The position numbers and the translations under genes were made by a program. Positions 13,907 to 23,960 of a DNA stretch of 64,000 bases are shown here, one piece after another. The stretch covers positions 448,001-512,000 of the forward strand of contig CAWFAK010000005.1 of assembly GCA_963813715.1 (NCBI GenBank), read 5' to 3'. The first letter of the stretch is position 1; every line of letters starts with the position of its first letter. The DNA comes from an uncultured Planctomycetaceae bacterium. Its GTDB lineage: Bacteria; Planctomycetota; Planctomycetia; Planctomycetales; Planctomycetaceae. The notes beneath the pieces are model-generated. The model searched no databases and was not told where the DNA came from. It saw only the letters and a program-made list of their open reading frames with translations.

Positions 13907-14030
13907 GATCGTTCCTCAGCGGATCAAAGGCTGGGTCATTCGCTATTTGACACGCCAAGATACACGGACTACAAGGGAGAGCGATCACTTCCTGCCCGCT
14001 CTTCGTGGATTCCAGTCTCGGGGGAATAGC

Positions 14031-16380
14031 ATGGCTGCCCGGCCCATGGCGTCCGTCTGCGTCACGGTTCTCGTCCTCGTCGCGCTCGTCTGCCTGCTGT
14101 CGGTCACGCCCGATCGGGCCGATCTCAGCCCTCGAGGCGATCGCACCGCGCCGGCTGCCTCCACGGTGTACACGATCAAGCCCGGCCCCAATGCGCAGAG
14201 CGAATTTCTGTCGAGCCTGATCCAGTCGAGCCCGGGCGACGTGATCGAGCTGGCGGCGGGCACCTTCAACTTCGACATGGATCTCGAAGTCACCACGAAC
14301 AACATCACCATCCGCGGGGCCGGCATCGACAAGACGATCCTCTCCTTCAAGAACCAGCAGATGGGCTCGAAGGGGATCGAAGCCACGCGGCGACAACTTC
14401 GTCATCGAGAATCTGTCGGTCGAAGACACGCGGGGCAACGCGATCAAGGTCGTCGGCTCGAAGAACGTCACCTTCCGCAACGTCCGCACAGCCTGGACGG
14501 GCGAGCCCAAAACGTCCAACGGCGCCTACGGCATCTACCCCGTGTCGTGCGAGAACGTGCTGATCGACGGCTGCATCGTCCGCGGGGCGGCCGACGCCGG
14601 CGTGTACGTCGGCCAGTCGAAGCAAATCGTCGTCAAGAATTGCCGCGTGTTCGAGAACGTGGCCGGCATCGAGATCGAAAACTCGTTCGACGCCGACGTC
14701 TTCGACAACTACGCCACCAACAACAGCGGCGGCATCCTGGTCTTCGACCTGCCGGGGCTCGCGCTGCACAACGGCGGCCGCGTCCGCGTGTTCCACAACC
14801 AGGTTCCCAAGAACAATCACGCGAACTTCGGGGCGCCGGGCTCCAGCGTCTCCAACGTGGCGCCAGGCACGGGCATGCTGCTCTTGGCGATGGACAACGT
14901 CGAGATTTTCGAGAACCAGATCACCGACAACCAAACCTGCGGCCTGCAGGTGATCAGCTACATCCTCACCGGCAACCCGATCAACGACAAAGAGTACGAT
15001 CCGTATCCCGAACACGCCTACATCCACGACAACCACTTTTCCGGCGGCGGCAAGCACCCGGGCGGCCGCTACGGCAAGATTTTGGCGGAAATCGTCGGTA
15101 TCCCCTTCCCCGAGATCTTCTACGACGGCGTGCTCAATCCCAAGCACACGGTCGATGGGAAAGTGAAGCCGGAATACGGCATCCGCTTCGAGCGGAACGG
15201 CAACGTCGGCTTCGCCAACATTCATTTCGACGAGCTCAGTCCGGAGAAAATCGCCGCCGGCAAAGCCCGCATCGATCGCGACATTGCCGCTTACACCGGC
15301 AGCTATCCGCGGCTGCCCGGTATTCAGCTCAAGCCGCACGGCCCCGCCGACCCCAGCAGCGACCAGTCGGCGGCCGTCTATCGCTCGGCCCCGAAAAAGC
15401 TCTCCGAATACGGATTCTTCAAAGGGAACGGCGTGACCCAGGAGCCGGTGGCCGGCGTGACCCCCTACGACGTCAACACGCCCCTCTTCTCCGACTACAC
15501 GTCGAAGCACCGCTTCGTGCGCCTGCCGGGCGGAGCCGCCGCCCAGTACGTCGAGAACGACGCCTTCGACTTCCCCGTCGGATCGTGCGTGGTGAAGAGC
15601 TTCACGTATCCGCACGACGCGGCCGACGCGTCGAAGGGTGAGCAATTGCTCGAAACGCGCGTCCTCGAACGGAAGCCGGCCGGCTGGTACGGCTACTCTT
15701 ACTTGTGGAACAAGGAGCAGACGGAAGCCACGCTCGACCTGGGCGGCAGCACCATCGAGGCCAGCTGGAAAGGCGCCGACGGCAAGACGCACAGCAACAA
15801 TTACATCGTGCCGCACGCCAACCAGTGCAAGAGCTGTCACGTCTCCAACGGCAAGACGTTTCTGCCGCTGGGCATCAAGGCCCGGAACTTGAATAAGGAC
15901 TACGCGTACGCCGACGGCAAGGAGAACCAGCTCGCCCACTGGACGAAGGCCGGCATCCTCAAGGGTTCACCCGAGCCGTCTCACGCTCCGAAAGTCCCCC
16001 GATACGACGACCCCTCGACGGGCAGCGTCGACGCGCGGGCCCGCGCGTGGCTCGACGTTAACTGCGCCCACTGCCACAACCCGGCCGGCCCGGCGCGCAC
16101 CACGGGGCTCGACCTGTCGATCAGCCAGACCGATTTCGCCAAGCTGGGCATCTGGAAGTCGCCGGTGGCCGCCGGTCACGGCTCGGGCGAGCATCGCTAC
16201 GACATCGTCCCCGGCAAACCGGACGACTCAATCGTGATTTACCGACTCGAGTCGACCGAACCGGGCGTGATGATGCCCGAACTGCCCCGCCGCATGGTCC
16301 CCGACGACGCGGTCGCCCTCCTCAAGGAGTGGATCGCGCAGATGAAAGACCCGAGCAAGCAGCAGGCGAGCGCGAAGTAA
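14031..16380 (+). CDS. Parallel beta-helix repeat protein fused to an SO2930-family diheme c-type cytochrome; frameshift near 14388
   Basis: Beta-helix motifs NGAYGIYPV, GAADAGVYVGQS, NVAGIEIENS, NNSGGILVFDLP and NNHANF, followed in frame by LSEYGFF, NTPLFSDY, LLETRVL, CKSCH, CAHCH and MMPEL. Confidence 0.85.
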
Positions 16381-16400
16381 GACGCGACGCAGTCCTGTTT

Positions 16401-16478
16401 GGGTGGCACTGGCGGCTCGTCCGCCAATGTGCCTTTTGGGGAGTGAAGTCACTGGCGGACAAGCCGCCAGTGCCACCC
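16401..16478. repeat. REP doublet (REPIN-like), family A, copy 2
   Basis: GGGTGGCACTGGCGGCTCGTCCGCCAATG at 16401-16429 and an inverted copy at 16450-16478, between convergent genes. Confidence 0.85.
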
Positions 16479-16504
16479 GAGCAACTCACGCAGGCCTTCG
16501 TCGA

Positions 16505-19498
16505 TTACGCCGCTTTGCGCCGTTCGACTTCCACGCGTCGCGTCGTGCTCGCCTCGCTACTCTTGTTGCTCGACGCCCGCGCGGCTTTCGGTGCCGCGGA
16601 GATCACGCTCAAGAGCGACGGCAACAGCACCAGCGCGACGAACAGGCAGCTCGAGATGCCGATCGCGAGCGCCAGCCCCAGGCTGAACAGGCCGCGGTGC
16701 GAAGCGATCATCATGCTGCCAAAGCCCACGATCGAGGTCGCGGACGTCAGCACCAGCGTGCTGAACACGCTGCCGCTCATCTCGTAGGGGCCGCTGCGGT
16801 CGCGATAGTCGTGCATCACCTGCACGCCGTAGTTGACGCCGATGCCGAGCACCAACGGCAGCACCAGCAGGTTCGCCGGGTTGAGATCGATGTGTGCGAA
16901 ACCGAAAATGCCGAACATCATCAGGCCACCGACCAGCGGCGCCAGGTACGCCAGGGCCGCATGGAACAGCCCGCGCCCGTCGAGCACGAGGGCAATCGCT
17001 CCCGTCACGACCACGTAGGCCACGGCGAAGATCATCGGGTCGACCGCGATGTGCCGGGCGTTAAGCATCACCGCCGCCAACACGCCGACACCCAGCGTGG
17101 GCAACAGGGCCAGCCACCGCGCCTCGCGGCTCAGGAAGTCGAACAACAGGATGACCCAGACGACCGCGAAGGCGTAAAGCGCGGCCGTCTCATACGTATG
17201 GCGAATCTGCCGTACCGATTCGTAGTTGTGGATCGGCGTGCCCGTGACGTTGGGATCGACGCTCCGCACGTCGGCCACGAACTTGTGGAGCGTCGCCCCG
17301 TCCCAAGCCTTCTCCTGCGGATAAATCTCCAAGAGCCACTTCCGCTTTCCCTCGGCGTCCACCGGCGTGACGAAGCGGTTCACCAGCTCGTTCGGCAAAT
17401 CGTCGGCCTGAATCGGCTCGTCGCTGGCCGCGTAACGCAGCGTCGCGAACCGCTGGAAGATGTCGGCGGCCAGGCGATACTGGAACTGGTTGAGCAACCG
17501 CGACTGATCTTCGAGCGTGAGCTTTTCAAACCGGTCGAGAAACGTGTCGGTCGCGTGAATCACCCGCTCGGCCGACTCGTCGCCCGGGTACTTCTTGATT
17601 CGCTGATAAAACCCCTCGACCGCCTTGCCGATCACCGCCGGGTCGGAGCGGCGTAACGGCGGCAACTGCGAGGGGAAGTACGAGAGCCGCGAGCGGTATT
17701 CCGCCAGCAGCTGGCGCGTCGAGTCGCTGGCGCCGCCCGCCGGCAACCGCAGGGCCAGGCTTTCGACGTGTCCCACGCTGGGCAGCGCGGCGAACTTGGC
17801 GTGCAGCTCGCGCATCTGCCGTTCGCTGTCCGCCACCGACACGGCATACAAGAGCGGGCTCGACGATTCCTCGTACAGCCGCTTTTCCAAGCGCACGGAC
17901 TCGGAGTTCCGCGCATGCAGGCTGAGCGGATTGGCGTCGAAGCGGATTCGCCAGGCCACGTGCCGGCGTTCGACTTTCACAATCCCCGCCCCGATCACCA
18001 GCACTACCAGCACGGAGACCCCCAGCGTCGCCAGCGGCAAGCGTCCGATTCCCCGCCGCAGCAACTTGCCCTCGAACGGATGCGGCAGTCGCGACGAATC
18101 GGCCCGTTCGTCGGCGAGCGCAATCAGGGCCGGCAGGACAAAATACGTGCCCAAGGCACACAGCATGATGCCGGCGGCGGCGATAATCCCCAGCTCGGCC
18201 ACACCCGAAAAGTCGGCCAAGAGCGTGCACAAAAAGGCGAGCGCCGTCGTCACGGCCGCCGTCAGGCTGGCGGCGCCGGTGGCGGCCGTCGCTTCCATCA
18301 GGGCGGCCCGCAACTGCCAGCCATCGCGCCGCAGCTGCAAGTAGCGTGACACGTAGGCGATGGCAAACTCGAGACCCAATGCGAACAGCACCATCACCAC
18401 GGCCAGCGAGAGCACGCTCAAGTGGCCGATCATCGCCGTCGTGAAGCCGAGGGCCCACGTGAGAGCCACGGCCAGCATCGCGAGCGTCAACAGCGGGTGT
18501 CGCACGCCGCGAAAGCCGACCGACATCACCACCAGGCAGCTGACGGCCGCCACGGCGATCGCCAGCAGCACGTCGAACTGCGACCGCTGCAGCTCCTCGC
18601 GTTCGAGAATCGGAATACCGGTGAGGCCGATCTGGCAGCCGGCATGCGCCTCGGCCACTTCGGTATTAATCGCTTCCAGCCGTGCGAGCGCTGCCGCCTG
18701 GCCCCCTTCTTCGGCATCCGTCCGCGGCTCGACGCGCAGATAGCCCATCGTGCCGCGATCGCTGAGGAAGTAGACCGTCTGATCGCGCAGCGCGTTCGTC
18801 TGCGGATCGGTCGGCACCAGGTTCGGCCAGGGAGTGTGGAAATTGTCCGGATTGGCGATGAAGTCGTTCAGGCTCGTCGTCAGCTGGCCCGCGTGCTTGA
18901 AGAGCTGCGCCGTCTGCGCGGGGGTCAGCGGCTTGTCGGCCGCCTGCTCCATCCGCCCTTCGATCTGCTCGCCCAGCTGGTTGTACAGATAATCGAGTTC
19001 GATCGGCCGGTAGTCGCCCCGCAGGATGGGAGCGTACTGGTTCACCCGCGACAGGCCGACCTGCAGCCGGCGGGGACTCACGTACTGCAGCCATTTGCGC
19101 TGCAGCGCCCCGGCCTCAAACCGCGCGAGGACGTTGTTGAAGTGTTCCGGCTCGCGTCGCAGCCGATCGGCCACGTCGTCGATCGTCCGTTTAATGTCGT
19201 CGAGGTTCTTGCTTTCGACCACGACGATCACGTCGGAGGCGTGGTCGAACGACTTCGAATAGCTGGCCCAATGCTGGCGCAGCTCGGCCTGCCGTTCGAG
19301 CATTCCGGCGCGGTCGCTCTTGAACCGCAGGAAGAAGAAGGCGTAGCCGGCGCAGGCGCACGAGGCAAGGATGACCGTCGCCATCACGAAGCGGGGCCAG
19401 CGGGCGGCAATTCGCGTGAGGGCGCGGAGCGGATAGCCGACCGCCGAACCGCGTGGGGCTGACGCCGACTCCTGCCGCGTGGAGCTGTTGCGCTGCAT
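16505..19498 (-). CDS. MMPL-family RND transporter (HpnN-like)
   Basis: About 997 aa with two RND halves. Motifs LTGIPILE, GFRGVRHPLL, DFSGVAELGIIAAAG, TGTPI, LNPANL, LGIGVNYGV and HRGLFSLG. Confidence 0.85.
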   Translation of the reverse strand: MQRNSSTRQESASAPRGSAVGYPLRALTRIAARWPRFVMATVILASCACAGYAFFFLRFKSDRAGMLERQAELRQHWASYSKSFDHASDVIVVVESKNLDDIKRTIDDVADRLRREPEHFNNVLARFEAGALQRKWLQYVSPRRLQVGLSRVNQYAPILRGDYRPIELDYLYNQLGEQIEGRMEQAADKPLTPAQTAQLFKHAGQLTTSLNDFIANPDNFHTPWPNLVPTDPQTNALRDQTVYFLSDRGTMGYLRVEPRTDAEEGGQAAALARLEAINTEVAEAHAGCQIGLTGIPILEREELQRSQFDVLLAIAVAAVSCLVVMSVGFRGVRHPLLTLAMLAVALTWALGFTTAMIGHLSVLSLAVVMVLFALGLEFAIAYVSRYLQLRRDGWQLRAALMEATAATGAASLTAAVTTALAFLCTLLADFSGVAELGIIAAAGIMLCALGTYFVLPALIALADERADSSRLPHPFEGKLLRRGIGRLPLATLGVSVLVVLVIGAGIVKVERRHVAWRIRFDANPLSLHARNSESVRLEKRLYEESSSPLLYAVSVADSERQMRELHAKFAALPSVGHVESLALRLPAGGASDSTRQLLAEYRSRLSYFPSQLPPLRRSDPAVIGKAVEGFYQRIKKYPGDESAERVIHATDTFLDRFEKLTLEDQSRLLNQFQYRLAADIFQRFATLRYAASDEPIQADDLPNELVNRFVTPVDAEGKRKWLLEIYPQEKAWDGATLHKFVADVRSVDPNVTGTPIHNYESVRQIRHTYETAALYAFAVVWVILLFDFLSREARWLALLPTLGVGVLAAVMLNARHIAVDPMIFAVAYVVVTGAIALVLDGRGLFHAALAYLAPLVGGLMMFGIFGFAHIDLNPANLLVLPLVLGIGVNYGVQVMHDYRDRSGPYEMSGSVFSTLVLTSATSIVGFGSMMIASHRGLFSLGLALAIGISSCLFVALVLLPSLLSVISAAPKAARASSNKSSEASTTRRVEVERRKAA

Positions 19499-19995
19499 CC
19501 GTGCGAACGCCTTGGCCGTTCCTGACCCGGCGCGGGGCGAATGATCCCGCCGCCAATCCTGATCACCTGCCGCTGGGGCTGGGCCCGGTCGCCGGCGTAC
19601 AGGCTCCCGGAACAGCCGCATGGACGGCGCATCCCGGTGTCTCCAGCATCGGCATCGGGCGGAAGGCCGCTTGAAAACAAAGCCCGCCGCCGGATTAGTC
19701 GCCGACGGCGCCGCCGATCACGTTCAACCCCTGCCCCGCCGCAGGTTTCGGCAATGCTTCGCGCCCGTGTCGATTGGCGAATAGCCCGTGCCGACTACGA
19801 ATTGACCCGGACGCAGAATGAGGGATGCGCCTGCCAGAGAAACTGTGCGCGCCAGACAAACCTGGTGGACTGTGCGGGCAGTTTCGACGCGTGTTGTCCG
19901 TTCTTGCGGAATGTAGCAACAGGCCCGCGAGAATCTCGAATTGCTTCGGACGCGAAGTCGCTCCGCCCCACAGGGTGAGCGCTACAATTCCGGCC

Positions 19996-20496
19996 ATGAA
20001 ACGTCTCGCCCTCCTGCTGCTGCTCGTCTTCGCGGCCCGCGCCTGCGCTGCGACACCCCACCACACGCTCGTCGGCCAGGTCGTGAAGATCGCCGACGGC
20101 GACACGCTGACCGTGCTCGACAGCGCCCGCAACCAGCACAAGATCCGCCTGGCCGGCATCGACGCCCCCGAAAAGGCCCAAGCCTTCGGCACGCAGGCGC
20201 GAAACGCCCTCGCCGCCGCAGTCTTCCGGCAAACCGTCCGCGTCGACGTCACGGACACCGACCGCTACGGCCGCGAAGTCGGCCGCGTGTATTGCGCGGG
20301 CCACTTCGTCAATGCCGACCTCGTCCGCGCCGGCTTCGCCTGGCGCTACCCCCAATGGGACAAGACAGGCGAATTCGCACCCCTCGAAGCCGACGCCCGC
20401 CGCCACCGCCGCGGCCTCTGGGCCGACAGCCATCCAGTTCCGCCGTGGGAGTTTCGCAAGGCGAAACGCGGCGGGGCGAATGTCGTGCGACGCTAA
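19996..20496 (+). CDS. Thermonuclease (staphylococcal nuclease) family protein with signal peptide
   Basis: DGDT, IRLAGIDAPE, DRYGR, GFAW, ARRHRRGLW and PPWEFR motifs. Confidence 0.92.
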   Translation: MKRLALLLLLVFAARACAATPHHTLVGQVVKIADGDTLTVLDSARNQHKIRLAGIDAPEKAQAFGTQARNALAAAVFRQTVRVDVTDTDRYGREVGRVYCAGHFVNADLVRAGFAWRYPQWDKTGEFAPLEADARRHRRGLWADSHPVPPWEFRKAKRGGANVVRR

Positions 20497-20655
20497 ACGC
20501 CGCCTCCCCCAAAATCTCTCCACTTTCGCGGGCCGACACTTCGAGAGATCCGCCAGCGCTGGTGAACCCCTGGTCTACGAGATTTCTCGTCTCGCGCACA
20601 TTCATGCGATCGACGACCTCTCCCCGAAGGGTGGCGAAGCGTTTGATTCGATCGT

Positions 20656-21045
20656 TTATTTGGCCTTGAGCTTTTCAAGTTCCTCTTTGTTGAGCGCGTC
20701 AAGCTCGTCCTTCGACGGGACCTTCGCCAGGGCTTCTTTCGCCGCCGCCGCGACGTCGGGATCCGGATCGTTGGCAAACCGTTCATAGGCCGTCTTCAGC
20801 CCATAAATGCGCGCCGGGGACTCCTCTTCGGCGCTTTTCCTGATGTATTTGGCCCGTTCAGGCGGGGTAAGGCCGGCCAGAAAATTCCCGTACGATGTAT
20901 TCGAACCCATGCCCATCAGGCTCTGGTAATACTGGCTGTCCTTGAAGGTGTCTGATTCGACATTGGGGGGAGCAATTCCGGACTTGCCGCACCCGGCGGC
21001 AAAGAGCACGCCAAACAAAAGTGCGAGGTAACTGGCATTCCTCAC
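20656..21045 (-). CDS. Putative lipoprotein downstream of the DUF1559 gene
   Basis: Lipobox-like LFAAGC; HEAT-like DPDPDVAAAAKEAL segment. Confidence 0.7.
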   Translation of the reverse strand: MRNASYLALLFGVLFAAGCGKSGIAPPNVESDTFKDSQYYQSLMGMGSNTSYGNFLAGLTPPERAKYIRKSAEEESPARIYGLKTAYERFANDPDPDVAAAAKEALAKVPSKDELDALNKEELEKLKAK

Positions 21046-21172
21046 GTCAATTGATCCTTCACTTTAGTGCCCAAGAGCGCAGGTGACGCGGCCAGCCGCC
21101 ACGATCCAGCTGGAGCCTCAACGGGACCGGCTGGACTAGGGGCGACGCGTATCACATGCGCGAAGAAGACGC

Positions 21173-21213
21173 AAAAAGGGGCAGGCTGCCAACACGATCG
21201 TTGGCAGCCCGCC
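21173..21213 (-). terminator. Hairpin / probable terminator after the DUF1559 gene
   Basis: Perfect 10-bp stem GGCTGCCAAC-N6-GTTGGCAGCC with an A5 run nearby on + (U-run on -). Confidence 0.55.
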
Positions 21214-21248
21214 AATCTCACGAGAACTTAAACCGCAAAGCGGAACGC

Positions 21249-22565
21249 TTACGGTTCGCCGACAGAGCCGGACACCGTTTCGCCACCCTGCATGGTGGAG
21301 AGGCCGGTGTAGATCGACATGTCGATGCTGTCGTTGACGAACTGCACCGAGCCATCGCACAACAGGAAGAGGCCCCCGTTCGGATGGTCGCTGCGGAAGT
21401 TCGAGAGACTGCCGATCTCGGGATTCGTAGCCGCCAACGGGGCCGGGTTGGGCTGGCCATTGCTGGCATTCCCCACACCGGTCAGCGACAGGCTGATCGG
21501 CGGGCCGCCGGCTCCCGAAGCCCACGTGCTCGTGCACGTGTTAAAGGCACTGGTCACAAAGGCTGGACCGGTGCCGCCCGGAGGACCGCCCAAATCCGCA
21601 AAGGTGTCGGTCACCGGGTTCTTGTTGAGTTGCTCCATCGTGCAGCCGCCGCTGCCGGCCGTCAGCACAAATTGGGCAGCAACGGAGTTGTTCGTGCTGT
21701 TCACGAACTGGTCGTTGACGAGGACTTGGACCCAAGGGGGCTGGGGCCCGCCCGCCGCCGTCGCCGGGACGCCGAGCGCCGCGATCGCCGGCGGCAGGGG
21801 AGACGGCCACGTGGCGGCCGTGAGGCAGTAGCGGCCACGACAAATCGAGAATTTCGGCGTCAGGATCAGGGGAGACATCGCAGCTTCGCCGATGGCGAAC
21901 GTGCTGCTCGTGCCGTCCGTGATGTCACGGATGCGGGTGTTCCCATTGATGTTGAACACGCCGAGTTCGCGGGCCGGAATCTTTGAGGTCGTCCAGCAAT
22001 ATTGGTCGTTAACGCCGTGGCAGAGGGAGTAGTTGATCGGGACGTCATAAAGTCCTTGCGACGCGACCCCCAGTCCGGGGAACTGATCGGGGAAGGTGTC
22101 GGATGGGCAGCGGTACAGCCCACTGGCGCCGGCCGCTTGCAGCGCGGTTCGCGTCAGCCCAATCCCGTTCGTGGCAGCCGTGACCGTTTGGCTGTCGACC
22201 TGCCGGTTCCACTGATAGGCGCGAGCGAAGGCGGTCTGCTCGTCGTACGGCGTCATCAGGACGAAGGCATTGGCCATCGAGTGACCGTACACGTTGCCCG
22301 GAAACGGGGCGCCTTGGGACGCCCAAGTGTTGCCATACACGGACGCGCCCATGGGGAACATGCGGCAGACGTCGTGGTAGTTGTGCATGGCAATGCCGAA
22401 CTGCTTCAGGTTGTTGCGGCATTGGCTGCGGCGGGCGGCCTCGCGGGCCGCTTGCACGGCCGGAAGCAGCAGGGCGATGAGTGTCGCAATGATTGCGATC
22501 ACCACCAACAGCTCGATCAGGGTGAAGCCAGCGCGCCGAGCACGCTTCGGCACAAGTCGTGACAT
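21249..22565 (-). CDS. DUF1559 (type IV pilin-like) protein with prepilin N-terminal cleavage/methylation motif
   Basis: [17 protein letters not shown]...[30 protein letters not shown] and C-terminal HPNG...DGSV. Strong RBS (AAGGAG). Confidence 0.95.
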   Translation of the reverse strand: MSRLVPKRARRAGFTLIELLVVIAIIATLIALLLPAVQAAREAARRSQCRNNLKQFGIAMHNYHDVCRMFPMGASVYGNTWASQGAPFPGNVYGHSMANAFVLMTPYDEQTAFARAYQWNRQVDSQTVTAATNGIGLTRTALQAAGASGLYRCPSDTFPDQFPGLGVASQGLYDVPINYSLCHGVNDQYCWTTSKIPARELGVFNINGNTRIRDITDGTSSTFAIGEAAMSPLILTPKFSICRGRYCLTAATWPSPLPPAIAALGVPATAAGGPQPPWVQVLVNDQFVNSTNNSVAAQFVLTAGSGGCTMEQLNKNPVTDTFADLGGPPGGTGPAFVTSAFNTCTSTWASGAGGPPISLSLTGVGNASNGQPNPAPLAATNPEIGSLSNFRSDHPNGGLFLLCDGSVQFVNDSIDMSIYTGLSTMQGGETVSGSVGEP

Positions 22566-22613
22566 CGTAGGCTCCTTTGAAACTGGAACGGCCGGAAAAG
22601 CTAGAACACCAAA

Positions 22614-22664
22614 AGGCAAAAACGCTGAGACAAAAACGCCGAGGCAAAACGTTGAGGCGAAAGC
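22614..22664. repeat. ~14-bp imperfect tandem repeat (about 3.5 copies) in the pilin-like gene leader
   Basis: aggcaaaaacgctg / agacaaaaacgccg / aggcaaaacgttg / aggcgaaagc. Confidence 0.6.
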
Positions 22665-22777
22665 ACTTAAGAGACGGCTGAGGAACTACTGAATTTGCTT
22701 ACACTTGCAGAAAGGATTTACATTGCATACGCGAACCTAAATCTTCAGATTGAACTAAGCAAATAGGGGAAAACCTG

Positions 22778-22805
22778 AAAAAGGCATCGGGGAATCCCCG
22801 ATGCC
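22778..22805 (-). terminator. Perfect hairpin with U-tail on the minus strand
   Basis: GGCATCGGGG-AAT-CCCCGATGCC at 22783-22805, preceded by AAAAA on +. Confidence 0.5.
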
Positions 22806-23031
22806 AGGTCGGACAACACGAAGAAATGCTTGGATTTTGCTGAAAAACTGAACGGCCCCTGCCGCGCTCTTGAGCAGCATAACGAAGAATTTAGGTGGAA
22901 AGCTGAAGACCGCTCACTCAACGGGGGCTTTTCGAGCGCGCCGCACGACCCCCACGACCACCCACGACCGCGAAAGGACCCCACGCGGAAAAGACGCCTC
23001 GCGGGGCTGAGCCCTGGCCCCTCAGTTTCTT

Positions 23032-23229
23032 TTGCAGGGCAGGCTGTGCCTGCCGTCGGCCCCTGGTGACGCGAGACATGGGGCCTCGGACCGTGCCCTC
23101 ACTGTGCTTTTTGTCAGAGCACTTGCGACGCATTGGACCGTGACTTCGGACGGACGCCAGGGCGTTCAGTTGTTGGCCGCGAGTTCGTTTGGTCGGCATT
23201 GCGGGCGGCAGGCAGAGCCTGCCCAACAA
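23032..23229. repeat. Degenerate REP doublet, family B
   Basis: TTGCAGGGCAGGCTGTGCCTGCCG at 23032-23055 and inverted CGGCAGGCAGAGCCTGCCCAACAA at 23206-23229. Each contains a GGCAGGC-N3-GCCTGCC palindrome. Confidence 0.7.
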
Positions 23230-23469
23230 GACTGGCTGCGCGAGTCATCGCTGAAGACGCTCTCAAAAAAGTCGCCGAGTTGTTTCCATGCGCATAGAAA
23301 CGCGGTCTCCGCGCGCGTGGATCGGGCGCGGTAGGCTGCATGAATCCGTCTCGCGCGAGCGGACGACGTTGCGCGTGTCGCTCGCGGTCCGCGCCGCGGG
23401 GCGGCAAGTTGACGTAGCGGAGAATTGGACAGTGAAGGTCAGCGAGACGTAGATGGTTTCACGGGGGGT

Positions 23470-23960
23470 TGGGTCACAATTTTCAACTCATGAAGTGACC
23501 CACCAAATTGATGACCCGGCCCCACCGGGACGGGACACGAAAGCACGGGACTCGACGGGACGGGACACGCGGAAAGAAAGTTGCCGGTGGGACAAGTGGT
23601 CCCGGCGGGTCCTGTAAAAACCGGTCCCGGCGGGACGGGTCCCTCACATTTAACATAAGGGGGGAATGCCAAACTGGACCCACCGCGCGGGCCGGATGGA
23701 GGTCGGACGCGGGCGCGTGGTCCCAGGTTCTCTGAACGGCCGGCGCGGTCGGGACACGGGACGGGGACTCGAACATTGGGACGGGATTGATCCGACAACC
23801 CGCCTGGAGACGGGAGATTTCACCACGAAGACACAAAGGCACTCAGCAATTCAGGCTGCTGCCTAAGGCGTTACTTGGTGCCTTTGGTGTCTTTGTGGTG
23901 AAAAAATCCTGTCCGATTATGACGGGACTGGACCCGGAGATTGGGACGGGATCGATTCGG
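23470..23960. repeat. GGGAC/GTCCC motif array
   Basis: 13 GGGAC and 4 GTCCC counted between 23527 and 23947. Exact direct repeat CGGGACGGGACACG at 23526 and 23556. Confidence 0.75.
23818..23903. repeat. MITE-like inverted repeat (CACCACGAAGACAC type)
   Basis: TTTCACCACGAAGACACAAAGGCAC ... GTGCCTTTGGTGTCTTTGTGGTGAAA; near-perfect 25-bp arms. Confidence 0.75.

Noticed and set aside
22745..23866. Short ORFs in the large intergenic region
   Set aside because: No RBS or motif support; their repetitive translations simply reflect the GGGAC array and palindromes.
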